DNA from: Daphnia carinata
Lineage: Eukaryota
NCBI RefSeq assembly: GCF_022539665.2
Contig: NC_081331.1
Span: forward strand, 11,098,001 to 11,162,000
Length of the DNA: 64,000 nucleotides
Reading direction: 5' to 3'
Below, one piece after another: positions 53,201 to 64,000 of the stretch (the stretch's first letter is position 1; the number at the start of each line of letters is the position of its first letter). The position numbers and the translations under genes are program-made. Under the pieces are notes generated by a model. That model made no database searches. It worked only from the letters and a program-made list of their open reading frames with translations, and was not told the DNA's origin.

Positions 53201-56200
53201 GTCACTTTCGCTACCAAGGAATATCAGACCCCCTGTTCAGACACCAATGAGTTCGTGGAAACGGTATGAAACAATATTCAGTCACTTTAATTCCAGCCAT
53301 CTTGAATTTTATTTTTTAATCTTAGACATACGAGGACGGGAACTCCCCTGTCTCAGACGTCGTCACCTGTCCGTTCTGAATTCAATTCTAATCGCAATTC
53401 TTCATATTTAGCCATCATTGCTGGCCAAGGTAAAACATATTTTATTGAAATAATGTGCAGCAGCATTGTTGAATACCGTTTTTACGCAAGGAGTACCATG
53501 TTCCAGTAGTCGAGCAACACTGACTAATGGTGGCTCAGTAGGTAGCCTCGGTGAATCTGACAGTTCTTCGACAATGTCGATCGAAACTTCCGTTCGAGAG
53601 TCACCGGAGAACGAAAAAAATATTACGCTAACAATCCCGCGTGAACCCACCGATCCAGATAAAGCTGATAAAGACAAAATTAAGACACATTCAAGGTACT
53701 TCGTCACCTGGTACCCGATAAAACATTTAAAAAATTATTTCTTGCCTTTTCAGAAGTACGAGTGTTGTAATATCCAATGCACCAGTTATCCGTTACGACA
53801 AGCTACAACCGGATGAAGTAAAGGAAGTGTTACTGTGCCTAATGTATGTCCTCAAACACGCCGATGAAGAAGCCTTAATTTCCTGGTGGCATAATGCCTC
53901 GCAACATGACCTTATTTGCTTTTTCCACATTCTGGAACTGAGTTTGCGGCAGTTTAAATATTTGGGAAGAAAACGGTTCGGACTAATTGGCGATGGAAGT
54001 TCCTCTAAATCCTCAACACTTCCACCTCGGGTTCCTCCACCAGTATTTGGTTCCAGACCATCCACGTGCTACGAACCAGACAGTGGTAATAGCATTTTTA
54101 TCGCTAATTTTCTTTCTCGCGTTTTAAGTCTGATTTTTTAAAATCAGCATCATGCTCAGATGGCGATAGTACATACCGGTCTTTATTGGAATCCAATCTA
54201 ACAATCGAGGTTGGCCTTATAGTCCTTGATGCAGTAGGCCTTTTTTGCCTACACTTCAAGGAGGCACTGCTGAGTGAGGATGGAGATAATCCCCTAATGA
54301 GAAAAGTTTTAGACATCTATCTGTCGTTCCTCCAGATCGGCCAATCAGAGAGTCTTGCGAAGCATGTTTTCGCAGCACTACGAGCGTTCATCAACAGCTT
54401 TCCTCTTGCACTTTATCAAGGTATTCCTTTTAGGTTAAACCGATGTCTTCTACTAAATTAGCGTCTTATTGTTACAACAGGTAACGCTTGGCTTTGCGGT
54501 CGCCTGTGCTGTGAGCTATTACGATGCTGCGCTAGTAAACTGTTGATGGTGCGACAAGAGGCCTGTGCTGTCCTTTATTTGCTAATGCGTAGCAACTTCG
54601 AATTCAGTGGACAAAAAGCCTTGACACGGGTTCACCTGCAGGTGATCATTTCCGTTTCTCAGTTGCTTGGAGAAATTGGTGGCCTAAATAGCAGTCGCTT
54701 TGGAGAGAGTCTCAATGTTATTAACGGATTTGCCAATAATGACAAAGCAATGCAATCTACTGGTAAGTTACAACCAAGTAAGTACTGAACCTTTACCAAT
54801 CCCAACTATTTGTCCTTCACAGTGTTTCCCGGTGAAGTTCGTGATTTGACTAAGAGAGCACAGACGGTGCTCAGGGCCACCCTGCAGATGCGCCAACAGG
54901 CTCAAGATCCTGAATTACTTATCGACTTGCAGCATAGTCTGGCCAATTCATATTCTGCTACACCTGAACTGCGAAAGACTTGGTTAGAAACGATGGCTCA
55001 TCACCATACTCGCTTGGGAAACTGGTCCGAAGTAGCCCAGTGCCGAATTCATGTGGCAGCTCTTATAACCGAATATCTTTATCGCCGAGAACTCCGACAA
55101 GTGGGTTGCCAAACATTCAGCTCCTTGTCGCCTAATATTGTACAAGATGAAAGCAATCTTCGCCTAGATACTGGTTTTTATAATACGGAATTTATTCCAA
55201 ATATTTTTGGGTAGTTTTGTTTAGCAACTATATTAATAGATTTTCTTAAAGGTATCCACGATACCCAGTACGACGAAGCTATGTTGCTTGAACAATTGGA
55301 AGAATGTAGTCGTGCCGTGGAGAAAGCCGAGCGCTACGAAATGCAACTCGAAATCTATAGACTAATACTACCAACTTACGAAAAACAACGAGACTATGTG
55401 GCATTGTCGGAGTGTTTCAGTGTTCTTTCACAAGCGTGTTCTCGAGCCACGGAAGTCAATCGAACCGGGAAAAGGCTGCTTGGTACCTACTACCGAGTTG
55501 CGCTCTATGGAAAGGTATTGCAGAAATACTTGTTAACATGCTGTATTACGGTTTTTGTTATAGTTTGTTTTTTTAAAGGCCCGATTCGGAGATGAAGCTT
55601 GTACAGAAAACATCTACAAGGAACCGAAAGTTACCAGTTTGTCCGAAATTGCGGAGCGTCTAAATAAGATGTACTGTGCGAAATTTGGCGCGGAGCGAGT
55701 GAAATTAGCTATGGACTCAAATCCAGTTCGTTATTTTGCTCAATAGTTATAACGTAAAAGAAGTGTCAAAATTGACCTTTTCACTTTAGATTGAAGAGAA
55801 GGATATGGATCCGCAGATGGCGTATGTGCAAATTACACATGTTCTGCCTTATTTCGAGGAAAATGACTTGGCAGATCGTGTCACTGAATATGAACGCAAC
55901 CATAACATAAATCGCTTTATGTATGAAATACCTTTTACTACCGACGGGCGAGTAAGAGGAAGCCCCGAAGACCAGTGTAAGAAACGGATTATATTGACCA
56001 GTAAGTAAATGTTTATGATAATGAATTGATACTTTAAATATGAAACTCCTTCTTTTCCTTTTTAAAGCCCAGTACTGCTTCCCTTACATAAAGAAGCGAC
56101 TACGAGTTATCCAACGTGAGTCCTACGATCTTTCACCGATTGAAGTAGCTTTGGACGAAATGCGTGCACGCGTTAAAGACGTTGCGGAAGCGGTGCGTAC

Positions 56201-56724
56201 AGTGCCCACTGATCTGAAGAAGCTGCAGTTACGCCTACAGGTAAATAGGGTGTCTTGATTTTATTAATAGCTTTCTCATGTTCAATAATTTTTCCAGGGA
56301 AGTATCAGTGTACAGGTTAATGCAGGCCCGCTGGCCTACGCATCAGCTTTTCTTGTTCGCAACATCAATAACTATCCGGAAGAACAAGTCCAGCAATTAC
56401 AAGAGCTTTATAGGTTTGGCACACAACTGATAATTAAGCAGCAATCCAAAGACGTCTTATTTACTACATCACATTTGTTATAGGGACTTTGTGCACATAT
56501 GCGGGGCTGCTTTAGAGCTGAATGGGAAGTTAATCTTACCAGATCAGCGGGAATATCATGAAGCTCTACGGGCAAGCTTCCGAGAGTTGGTGAGTTCGTT
56601 AGGCGATATTCTTGATGACCCATCACTCTACAGAGACTGGGACGGACTAAGCAGTTCGAACCCATTCATCAAACGAAATTCAGTGTTGGTTTTCTCTACT
56701 GGTGGTAACTCTACGGATGCTTGA
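47292..56724 (+). CDS. DOCK9: Dedicator of cytokinesis 9/10/11-type (zizimin) Cdc42 GEF with PH, DHR-1 and DHR-2 domains; many exons
   Basis: [25 protein letters not shown] start; PH domain (EGYLLKGP...KSFKRRFC); [31 protein letters not shown] and ARNIA (DHR-1); [27 protein letters not shown] and [17 protein letters not shown] (DHR-2). Confidence 0.94.
51266..51598 (+). other. DOCK9: Pair of symmetric phase-0 micro-exons in DOCK9 (51266-51325, 60 nt; 51569-51598, 30 nt)
   Basis: ag|[20 protein letters not shown]|gtatgc and cag|[10 protein letters not shown]|gtggga lie between constitutive exons ending at 50870 and starting at 51828. Confidence 0.65.
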
Positions 56725-57309
56725 ATACTTCTACGGAGCAGTCTCTCTTGCTGCTTTCTCCTGAAGCAATTACGGTTGCTTTCGTCACCAGGCTATTTTT
56801 CTGGAGAACGTTACATTAGTAAGTAAATTCTTCTTCCTGTTTCACTCTGTAATTGTTTTTTGGAGACATATGGCCACATTGGAATCTCACGTTTAGGACT
56901 GTGTTCAGTTCTAGTAGGTGAAAATCCTGATATAGATCTTTGAATTCCGTCGCAATACTCCTTTAGACAATCGTTTTTCCGAAGGAGCATCACACACATC
57001 CTAATTGAATAGGTTAATATCTCCTCAACTAATGTATAAATGTTTTCATCTGATCCCTAAACTTTTTCTCGACTTCACGGACACCGAGATACAGTTGTAT
57101 CTGTATAGTACCTTTGTGACGTTGTTGATTTTCTAGAATACATCTGTTGACCCATAGGTAATCTTTTCCTTTAACGTAAAAAAGTTTTAACGTAAAATTT
57201 TTTTACTCCCGGTCAAACTAGGATCATCACGTTCAATTTCGACAAATTCAGTACAAAAAAAAAGACGAGGCTATAGTTTTAAGTTGTCACTTGACTGCCG
57301 TGTTTCCGA

Positions 57310-58521
57310 TCAGAGTCGATTCATAGGGGAAGAAGAAGCCCTTCGACCAGCAAGCGGAGATGTGTTAAGTGAACCACCGAGTCCTGTACTGTTCGTCCCA
57401 AAACCACGTATAAAACTCCTGAAGGAGCGACTGTGACTGTCAGCTGGCGATGTGTCACTGCAAGCAGATGCAGATTCAATTAGATACCTTTTTTATGATC
57501 ACATTCGAATGTTCGAGGTGTAGAGGTAAGTGAAATAAGGCTTACTTACACAGGAATGAGATAAAATTCATCTATCAGATCAAGACCAGGAGGCAAAGTA
57601 TCTGATGAAAGTATGTTAGCACTGCAGGACTCACGAGAATCGCAAACATTTGATCTGGCCAACTTCGACTTCAGTTGATCATTTTCAGCTTGCAGGCGAG
57701 TAACGCGCGCTGCCTCTTCATGGTATGTAGTCAGTTTTGGCTGAGGTAAGCACTAAAATGTGATGACATAATAATAATGTCTATGTATTAAATATTTAAA
57801 TAAAGTGGATCTTAGCGCTAGATTACCTGGAAGGAAATAGCTAATAAATTATGCAAAGAAATTAGCATTGTGTCCTGCCATTGTCGAGTAAAATAAACCA
57901 TGTATGTGGGATTTTCTTCTGGATTTTTTATGAAAGGTAAGGCTATAACCAAACAAGACATTAGTCAAGGCTAAAAACACAGGCTTTGTTTATAACCAAC
58001 CAAACCAGTCTTTCCATTCAAGTTGATGTTGTAATTCATAACCAAGTTTTTCAAAAAACTCATGGATTTTCTCTTGTTTACCATTGACACATGCATTAAT
58101 TAGATACATTCGCAACAGTGAATTCTCCATTTTCTTAATGGCTTGGCAAAAAAAAAACCATAGTTATTAAATTAAGAGCAGGAAAAGTTTGGAAATCAAA
58201 CCTGGCATGAAATTCTGGTCCAGTCGTTCAAACACAGACTGGTCAAAATGATTCCAATAATCTTTAAGCCCATGCAAGTCATACAAGGTAATATAGTGAA
58301 CAAATTGCTCGACTATTTTATCTGGCTAAGCAAAACGAGAAACAAGATTAATCTGACAATTAAGATTAATTTAAAACAACGATTTCTTTCTATCAGCTTA
58401 CCCGAAAAGCCTTATCTTTTTCAGATTTCACCTCTGTATCTAGAGCACGTACAGTTGATGTGAAACCCCTGAACAAGAGGTATTCTTTTACCAATTCATC
58501 CATTTGCTGAACGCACGACAT
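57310..58521 (-). CDS. WDR91: WDR91/SORF-1 homolog, N-terminal domain only (about 280 aa, 6 coding exons); absent from the ORF track
   Basis: [47 protein letters not shown]...[40 protein letters not shown] matches the WDR91 N-terminus as I recall it. TGA at 57310-57312. Confidence 0.88.
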
Positions 58522-58974
58522 TTTTCATTACTCCTACAAAACATCGAACATAAACATTTGGTTTCTGACATCTTACGGCAACAATAAGCGCAGTGCGTGT
58601 AAACTGTGGAAATACGAAGAGGAAGGATAAAATGTATGGCAATCCGTTTTACCAAAACAAAACAAAAAAAAATATCGCATTTTTTTTTCTTTTTTCTCCC
58701 TTAGCCATCTACGTCGTCTTGGTAACTACATAAATTCGTAATGGTAGCAGCTAGTTAGGACGACGGCAGCTAGCACACACACACAGACAGCAGCAGTTAA
58801 TAGTTATGGATAGGCTTGACGGTACTGGCGCGCTAGCATTCTGTCAAATATTCGGTGTAATTTTGTTGTTTGATACTTCAACACATTAAAATAATTCGAA
58901 AAAATCCTACATATTGAATCGAATATCTCTTTTATTATCAGGTTTCATTATTTTATTAACCTAGATACTCGTTC

Positions 58975-60650
58975 ATGGAATGTAAATTAAATTCGATGAC
59001 AGCTGAAGAATCGCAACATCAAATTCTTGTATGTCATACATTTCGTAACGTTCATCCCTCTTCAAGAACTCATAAAAGTGTTTTTGAATTTTTTTTTATT
59101 GATTTTCAGGCAATGATTGAAAAAGTCAATAACTCATCAATGACCACACAAGTTTACGCGAGTGGCGAATTCCTGTTTGGATTTGGGTTTCCCATGCCGC
59201 AGAAGAAGGGGAAAGAGTAAACTGGCAACAATGTAGATCTAAACTCCTTCTCCTGGGTTTTGGCACACAGCAGTCCGAACTTTCTTATTTTGTTACGTTT
59301 CCTTCATTAAATAACTAATTGTCGGATTCGCATTTTACCGTCAATTAGCTTTCACTATTCCTTTTGGTATGTACCAAACAGTGTAAGACAAGGAACTTAA
59401 AGGTTGGTGTGCAACAGAGGTTAAAACATTTTGAAGCATATTGTTTGGATATCTTAAGTGATAGTGATGGGAGCTCCGTTATTTTATTCAGATTCGTAAC
59501 ATCATCAGTTTAATAAATTTTTAAAAGGCTACATTCAATTTCTGTAAGAGTGTTCAATGGGAAATACTTCATTTTATGTTTCACTAGGAAAAAAGATGGA
59601 AGACTTGTAAATGAAATGCCAAAGTGCTCTCTTGCAATGCCAAGTAAACCATGAATTGACAGTTCCATGTTAAATTTAATCTATACTTCAACCTTAAACA
59701 AACAAATTGTTTTAATCTGTTCAGGTTTCAAGAATTAACGTGCTCAACCACATTGCTCTACTGTAAAATGACCAGATACTGCTTTGGTTGCCCATGCCAG
59801 TATTTCTCTAGTAAAACACTCTTATGTGAGCTTAACGTAAAATTAATCAGCAAAATGTTTTATTACGACACATTTTCTTTCTTTTCATAGCTGAATGGTT
59901 GTAGTGAATTTGAAAAGGATTCTCATTGCGGCCAGCCATCCCAGATTTAAGAAAGGTTGGCAGCAAAGGTGTCAATTTTCATGATTCGTCAATCACATTC
60001 CAAGTTGAGGTAGGGGTGTGTTTCTTATTAAATTTATATTGACTTGATGATGAGTGAAATGATTGCCTAATTACAAATGGCAGCTTGTCTGCAAGTTTAC
60101 TTTAAACATAACACTTTCACGTACATTTGACACAGCCAATATTATCCTTATTTGTTCTTAGTTTGCTATTTGGTTGTCTAATTGGAATTTTAGTTTTTGA
60201 ATGAGATTCAGGGTTGATGTTGCCGGTGTTACATTAAAGGATTAAGTTCTTATTCACTAACATTTCAAGGACCAATGTCTTCTTAAAATTTACTTGTAAG
60301 TAAAAATGAAGCTTTTATATAATTATGTATTATCTATGTAACTCTTTCCTATTCAATAGGAAAGGATTTAGTTCATTCTGTGAACATATCTACCAACGAT
60401 GCAAGCTCCGATGGGACGTATCGTATATTGTGCGTGTATATATCAAGTCTGTTATGATTTGCAGTATCTCTTCCGAAGCTTCTCTCAGAAGAATATGCTA
60501 AGCAATCAACTCACGAATCATATAAGGTACGAAATATATATATGAAATCAAGAATTTTTATGCTTAATGGAGTTTTATTGTCTTTTTGTAGAATAATAAT
60601 AAATTTTAATCTGAAAAGGTTCCTTGTTTGGGGCAAGGTACTGAATAAAG
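58975..60650 (+). pseudogene. Decayed intron-containing ORF of unknown product
   Basis: Regular gt..ag short introns and exon-like blocks (MECKLNSMTAEESQHQIL|AMIEKVNN...), with stops or frame conflicts downstream. AATAAA at about 60644. Confidence 0.45.
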
Positions 60651-60710
60651 TATTATGATTGGATACACTACATGGAATTTCCATACTTTATTCACGTTCT
60701 CATTTAAAAC

Positions 60711-61158
60711 CGGTATTTAATATTTAAAAAATTCAAGTGCATATCTGGGCTCCCTTCCTTTCCGTAGCCCCGTTTCCCCTTGACTCATAATAAGCCCGTA
60801 GGGGGTCATGCCCCTACTGTACGGTATATATAAAAAAAAACATACACCGAGGTTTGGAGGGCTCTGGCCGGAAAGGGGACGTGGGGGTCCGCTTAGTCCG
60901 ATGAAGTGTTCATGGAGGGCTCTGTGGCTACCCACAAATCCGAATTAAAGGTTAATCGCTCCTGTAAAAATGTTCCATTTCTTCGGCTCTTCTTCCGGCT
61001 TCTCTTAGCCAAGCACCGGGTAATCTCCCCGGTGGGTCAACCAAGGCAGTGTCTCCCCCTGCCTTGGTTGGCGGCAACTTTTGAAAGGGTTGTTTTCCCT
61101 TTCGAAAGTTGCAAAATCATTTACGTGTGCAGAGTAATGTCAATACAATTTTTTTTAT
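60711..61158. repeat. Structured ~445-nt GC-rich module, copy 1
   Basis: Direct repeat of 63464-63910 (roughly 90% identical by eye) containing five hairpins. Confidence 0.9.
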
Positions 61159-61332
61159 TTAAAAAAAAGCAAGCATATATCTTTTTTACTTTTGTCAAAA
61201 TCGGAAAAAATCGAAATCTCTCGGATTGCGAAGAAAATCCCACCGTATAACCCAATTTTAACGCTGATTCAGAAAAAGCCATTTGTTTTTATCTCATGTA
61301 AGCCGTTTTTGAAATAATCGTCATTTAAAGAT

Positions 61333-61695
61333 AAAGTCGGGCTTATTTTTTTAGACCCAACTTCCCCGTTTTTTACGTTTTATTCAAAAACTATGAGTCC
61401 CACGAGAAAACAACTCTCATATTCGTGATGCTTGTTCAATTCTGCATCGAAACCATGTATTTAAAGCGAAATCTAAAATTTTGCCAAAATTGAATAAGTA
61501 AGAAGGCCTTCTCACTTTTCCAATTTTCTTCAAATCCTAGATTTCAAGAAAAATACACTATTCCGATTTGAAATTGATCGCTGATCACAAAAATGGGGCA
61601 TATTTTTATATCAGGCCTCTAGTTTTTAAATTAACCGTAAAAAACAGAAAGTCGGGCTTATTTAGTCGGGCTTAAAATTTTTATCGGTCAGTGTA
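61333..61695. mobile_element. DNA-transposon/MITE end fragment with AAAGTCGGGCTTA repeats and a possible terminus ...CGGTCAGTG-TA
   Basis: AAAGTCGGGCTTA at 61333 and 61648, and AGTCGGGCTTA at 61664. The reverse complement of the right end reads TA-CACTGACCGATAAAA. Same motif as 32688-32740. Confidence 0.5.
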
Positions 61696-61956
61696 TGTAG
61701 AGAATTAATTAGAAACGTGACCGTTAGATGGCGATAGCAGTAAAACAGAAAAAAAAGGCCCATATTTTTTATTTTTATTTTGGGTAAAACGGATTGCATA
61801 TATGGCAATCCGTTTTATATGGCAATCCGTTTTACATAAAAAAAAAAAAATGGCGGAAAAAAAATAAAAAATCGCACTTTTTTCTTTTTTTCCGACACGT
61901 AGCCATCTACCGCTCAGACTCATTATTACTGGCGTAGGCAATTTCAGTCCATTGGA

Positions 61957-63410
61957 TGCCATTCGCAGTTAGTTCAGTAGCGTGGATGGAGGATAACGCG
62001 TGGCTGGAGGAACAATTGAAAAATGGATAAGATAATACAACAAAAGGATGATAAGTATAAACATTATTCTATTTGTTTTGAATTATTAATTATTGTTTAT
62101 TAGATCAAATTATGGACCTGCAGGCTCAATTATTGCAACAGCACAAAATATTAGATAACAGCAAAGCTAAGGATGGTAAGGCCTAATACATAATGATTCT
62201 ATTTATTTGCTTTTATTGATTTGTGTTTTGTAGCTCAAAGTTTGAGTCTACAAGCTCAGCTAGGGGAAAAGAACAAATTGGAACGGAACAGTTTCCAAAC
62301 AGTGAAGGAGGTTTTTCCAAACTCAAACCTGACTGAACATGAGGATGAATTGGCATTAGGCGAACACAGTCAGGTACCTAAACTTTTCAAATAAGAATTC
62401 AAAATAAGTATAGAATTTTAACAAACAATTATTTATTGTTTAGTTATTCAGTCTACCACCTGACAGTGTGTTAAATTTAAATTCTGTTAGTGCTGCACAA
62501 AAAGAATCGTTAGTAATCAGCCCATGCAGTGAAGGAAGTGAACAATTGTGGGACCGTATTTGGGCCAAAAATGGGTGTGGTATGGAAACCAAGATATGGC
62601 ACAAGTTCAACATGAAACATGGATTAGGTACTTTTCGGTTTTATGTCTATTGAAAAAGTATTTTTAATGCTATTATTTTGCATTCACAGTATTTAATGGG
62701 GGATCAAATCAAGTCTGGAAGTGTTACAGGATGGAAGAGTCAGCCTACAGATGAAAAAACACTGAGAGTGCATTACCATTAAGGTATGAGGTAAAGTAAT
62801 AGAGTATGCAAATTGTCTAATGAGAAGTACCATCTTGTGTTAATGAATCCAGTACAACAGCAATCCTTTATAGTTCTGTCACAGCTAGAAACCTCAAATA
62901 ATTCTGCTTCTCTGTCTAAAGAACAACTTGTCCTTTACGTTCAGAGTGTTGGGGAAACTGGGTACTTAAATGGCCCTAAAGATGTTTTAATTTTGCTGCC
63001 ATTGCAGAGATGAACATCATACATGGACTCTTTAGGTATGAAAGGATTTTTCTTCAAATAATTTTGAATTTATGACGAAGCATTTCTCCTCCTTTTTGCC
63101 AACCAGGTCTAATCTACCAAAAAAAATTTTATCCAAAAGGAAAGGATTTTCATGTACTGGGAACACAACTATCAACAATGCAACATTGTACAGGTGCTAG
63201 TTTATCATTCAAGAGCCTTATACAATGATGTTAATCTGCAATTTGTATGTCCTTCCCCAAGCTTCCACCAGAAGTTGAATCTGAGTCATGTAAGTTACAT
63301 GATCAACAGTTGATATGTTTAACGGTGTTGTTTTTCTTTTCTCAATATAGGTTAATAGTAACATTGCATCTGAAAAAATTCTTGGTTGGGGCAAGACACT
63401 GAATAAATTG
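61957..63410 (+). pseudogene. Decayed or truncated intron-containing ORF, partly paralogous to 58975-60650
   Basis: Exons such as QIMDLQAQLLQQHKILD|...|LFSLPPDSVLNLNS...KHGL splice in frame, then reach TGA near 62752. Later blocks align with copy 1 (EHNYQQC vs EHIYQRC; SFHQK vs SFSQK). Confidence 0.45.
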
Positions 63411-63463
63411 TATTGATTGGATGGATGACATGACATTTCTATACTTAATTCGGATTCCCCAGA

Positions 63464-63910
63464 CGGTATTTGATATTAAAAAAATTGAAGTGCATATCTG
63501 GGCTCCCTTCTTTTCTGAAGCCCCGTTTCCCCTTGACTCGTAATAAGCCCGTAGGGGGTCATGCCCCTACTGTACGGTATATATAAAAATAACATATACC
63601 GAGGTTTGGAGGGCTCTGGCCGGAAAGGGGACGTGGGGTGCCGCTTAGTCCGATGATGTGTTCACGGAGGGCGATGTGGCTACCCACAAATCCGAACTAA
63701 AGGTTAATCGCTCCTGTAAAAATGTTCCAAATCTTCAGCTCTTCTTCCGGCTTCTCTTAGCCAATCACCGGGTAATCTCCCCGGTGGGTCAACAAGGCAG
63801 TGTCTCCCCCTGCCTGGGTTGACGGCAACTTTTGAAAGGGCTATTGTGCCTTTTTAAAGTTGCAAAAATAATTGTAATGTGCAGAGAATTGTCAATAAAA
63901 TTTTTTTATA
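63464..63910. repeat. Structured ~445-nt GC-rich module, copy 2
   Basis: Direct repeat of 60711-61158 with the same hairpins retained. Confidence 0.9.
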
Positions 63911-64000
63911 AAATATTTTTTGCAAAATTTGTTTCTTTCATTGTCTGTGTTAGCTGTGTTCACACATTACATTTATCAACTTTTTTTTTTTTGTTTTGCT

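Larger units (their letters stand above)
58635..61250 (+). mobile_element. Cassette copy 1: putative non-autonomous mobile element or segmental duplicate with a decayed spliced ORF and a structured 3' module
   Basis: Left motif TATGGCAATCCGTTTTAC (58635) and TAGCCATCTAC (58702) are shared with copy 2. An inverted CGGATTGC lies near 61222. Homology to copy 2 is visible from about 60360 to 61158. Confidence 0.5.
61786..64000 (+). mobile_element. Cassette copy 2 (may run past the window edge)
   Basis: Hairpin AAAACGGATTGC-7nt-GCAATCCGTTTT (61786-61816) plus a tandem copy (61818-61833), TAGCCATCTAC (61900), a spliced decayed ORF, AATAAA (about 63402) and the structured module. Confidence 0.5.

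Noticed and set aside
60895..60960. Hammerhead core (CCGATGA), HDV-like fold or telomerase template (TAACCT on the minus strand) in the hairpin module
   Set aside because: The hammerhead core deviates from CUGANGA and lacks a positioned GAAA. No upstream P1 strand completes an HDV fold. A 6-nt match to TTAGG is too short to count.
62980..63035. Ulp1-like protease motif (ILLPL...HHTWTL) in cassette 2
   Set aside because: It requires a frameshift, and I could not find the downstream Gln/Cys catalytic motif.
60711..63910. The two 445-nt repeats as LTRs of a retrotransposon
   Set aside because: No TG...CA ends, PBS/PPT or gag/pol are visible, and homology extends upstream of both repeats, so they belong to larger duplicated units.

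Overview
Gene-dense eukaryotic DNA with many short (mostly about 55-80 nt) GT-AG introns. The intron size and gene content suggest an arthropod, probably a Daphnia-like branchiopod (inference). The supplied ORF track is fragmented by introns, so I rebuilt gene models by reading splice sites by eye. Gene order: TDRD3(+), nocturnin/curled(-), ClC-3/4/5-type anion/H+ exchanger(+), myosin VIIa/crinkled(+), NDUFA2(+), two C2H2 zinc-finger genes(-), OSTF1(+), POLA1(+), EMC4(-), DOCK9/zizimin(+), and a WDR91 without WD40 repeats(-). The last 5.4 kb holds two diverged tandem cassettes. Each has a shared left-end motif, a decayed spliced ORF and an AATAAA, followed by a much better conserved, unidentified ~445-nt multi-hairpin module. 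Other main observations: the CLC has non-canonical selectivity motifs (GGAIP and GLYIP); the large Myo7a tail intron holds a candidate exon that could start a motor-less MyTH4-FERM protein and a candidate alternative terminal exon; DOCK9 has duplicated micro-exons flanked by three TGCATG elements; and Myo7a has an apparent 2-nt frameshift. Percent identities are by-eye estimates and no searches were run.
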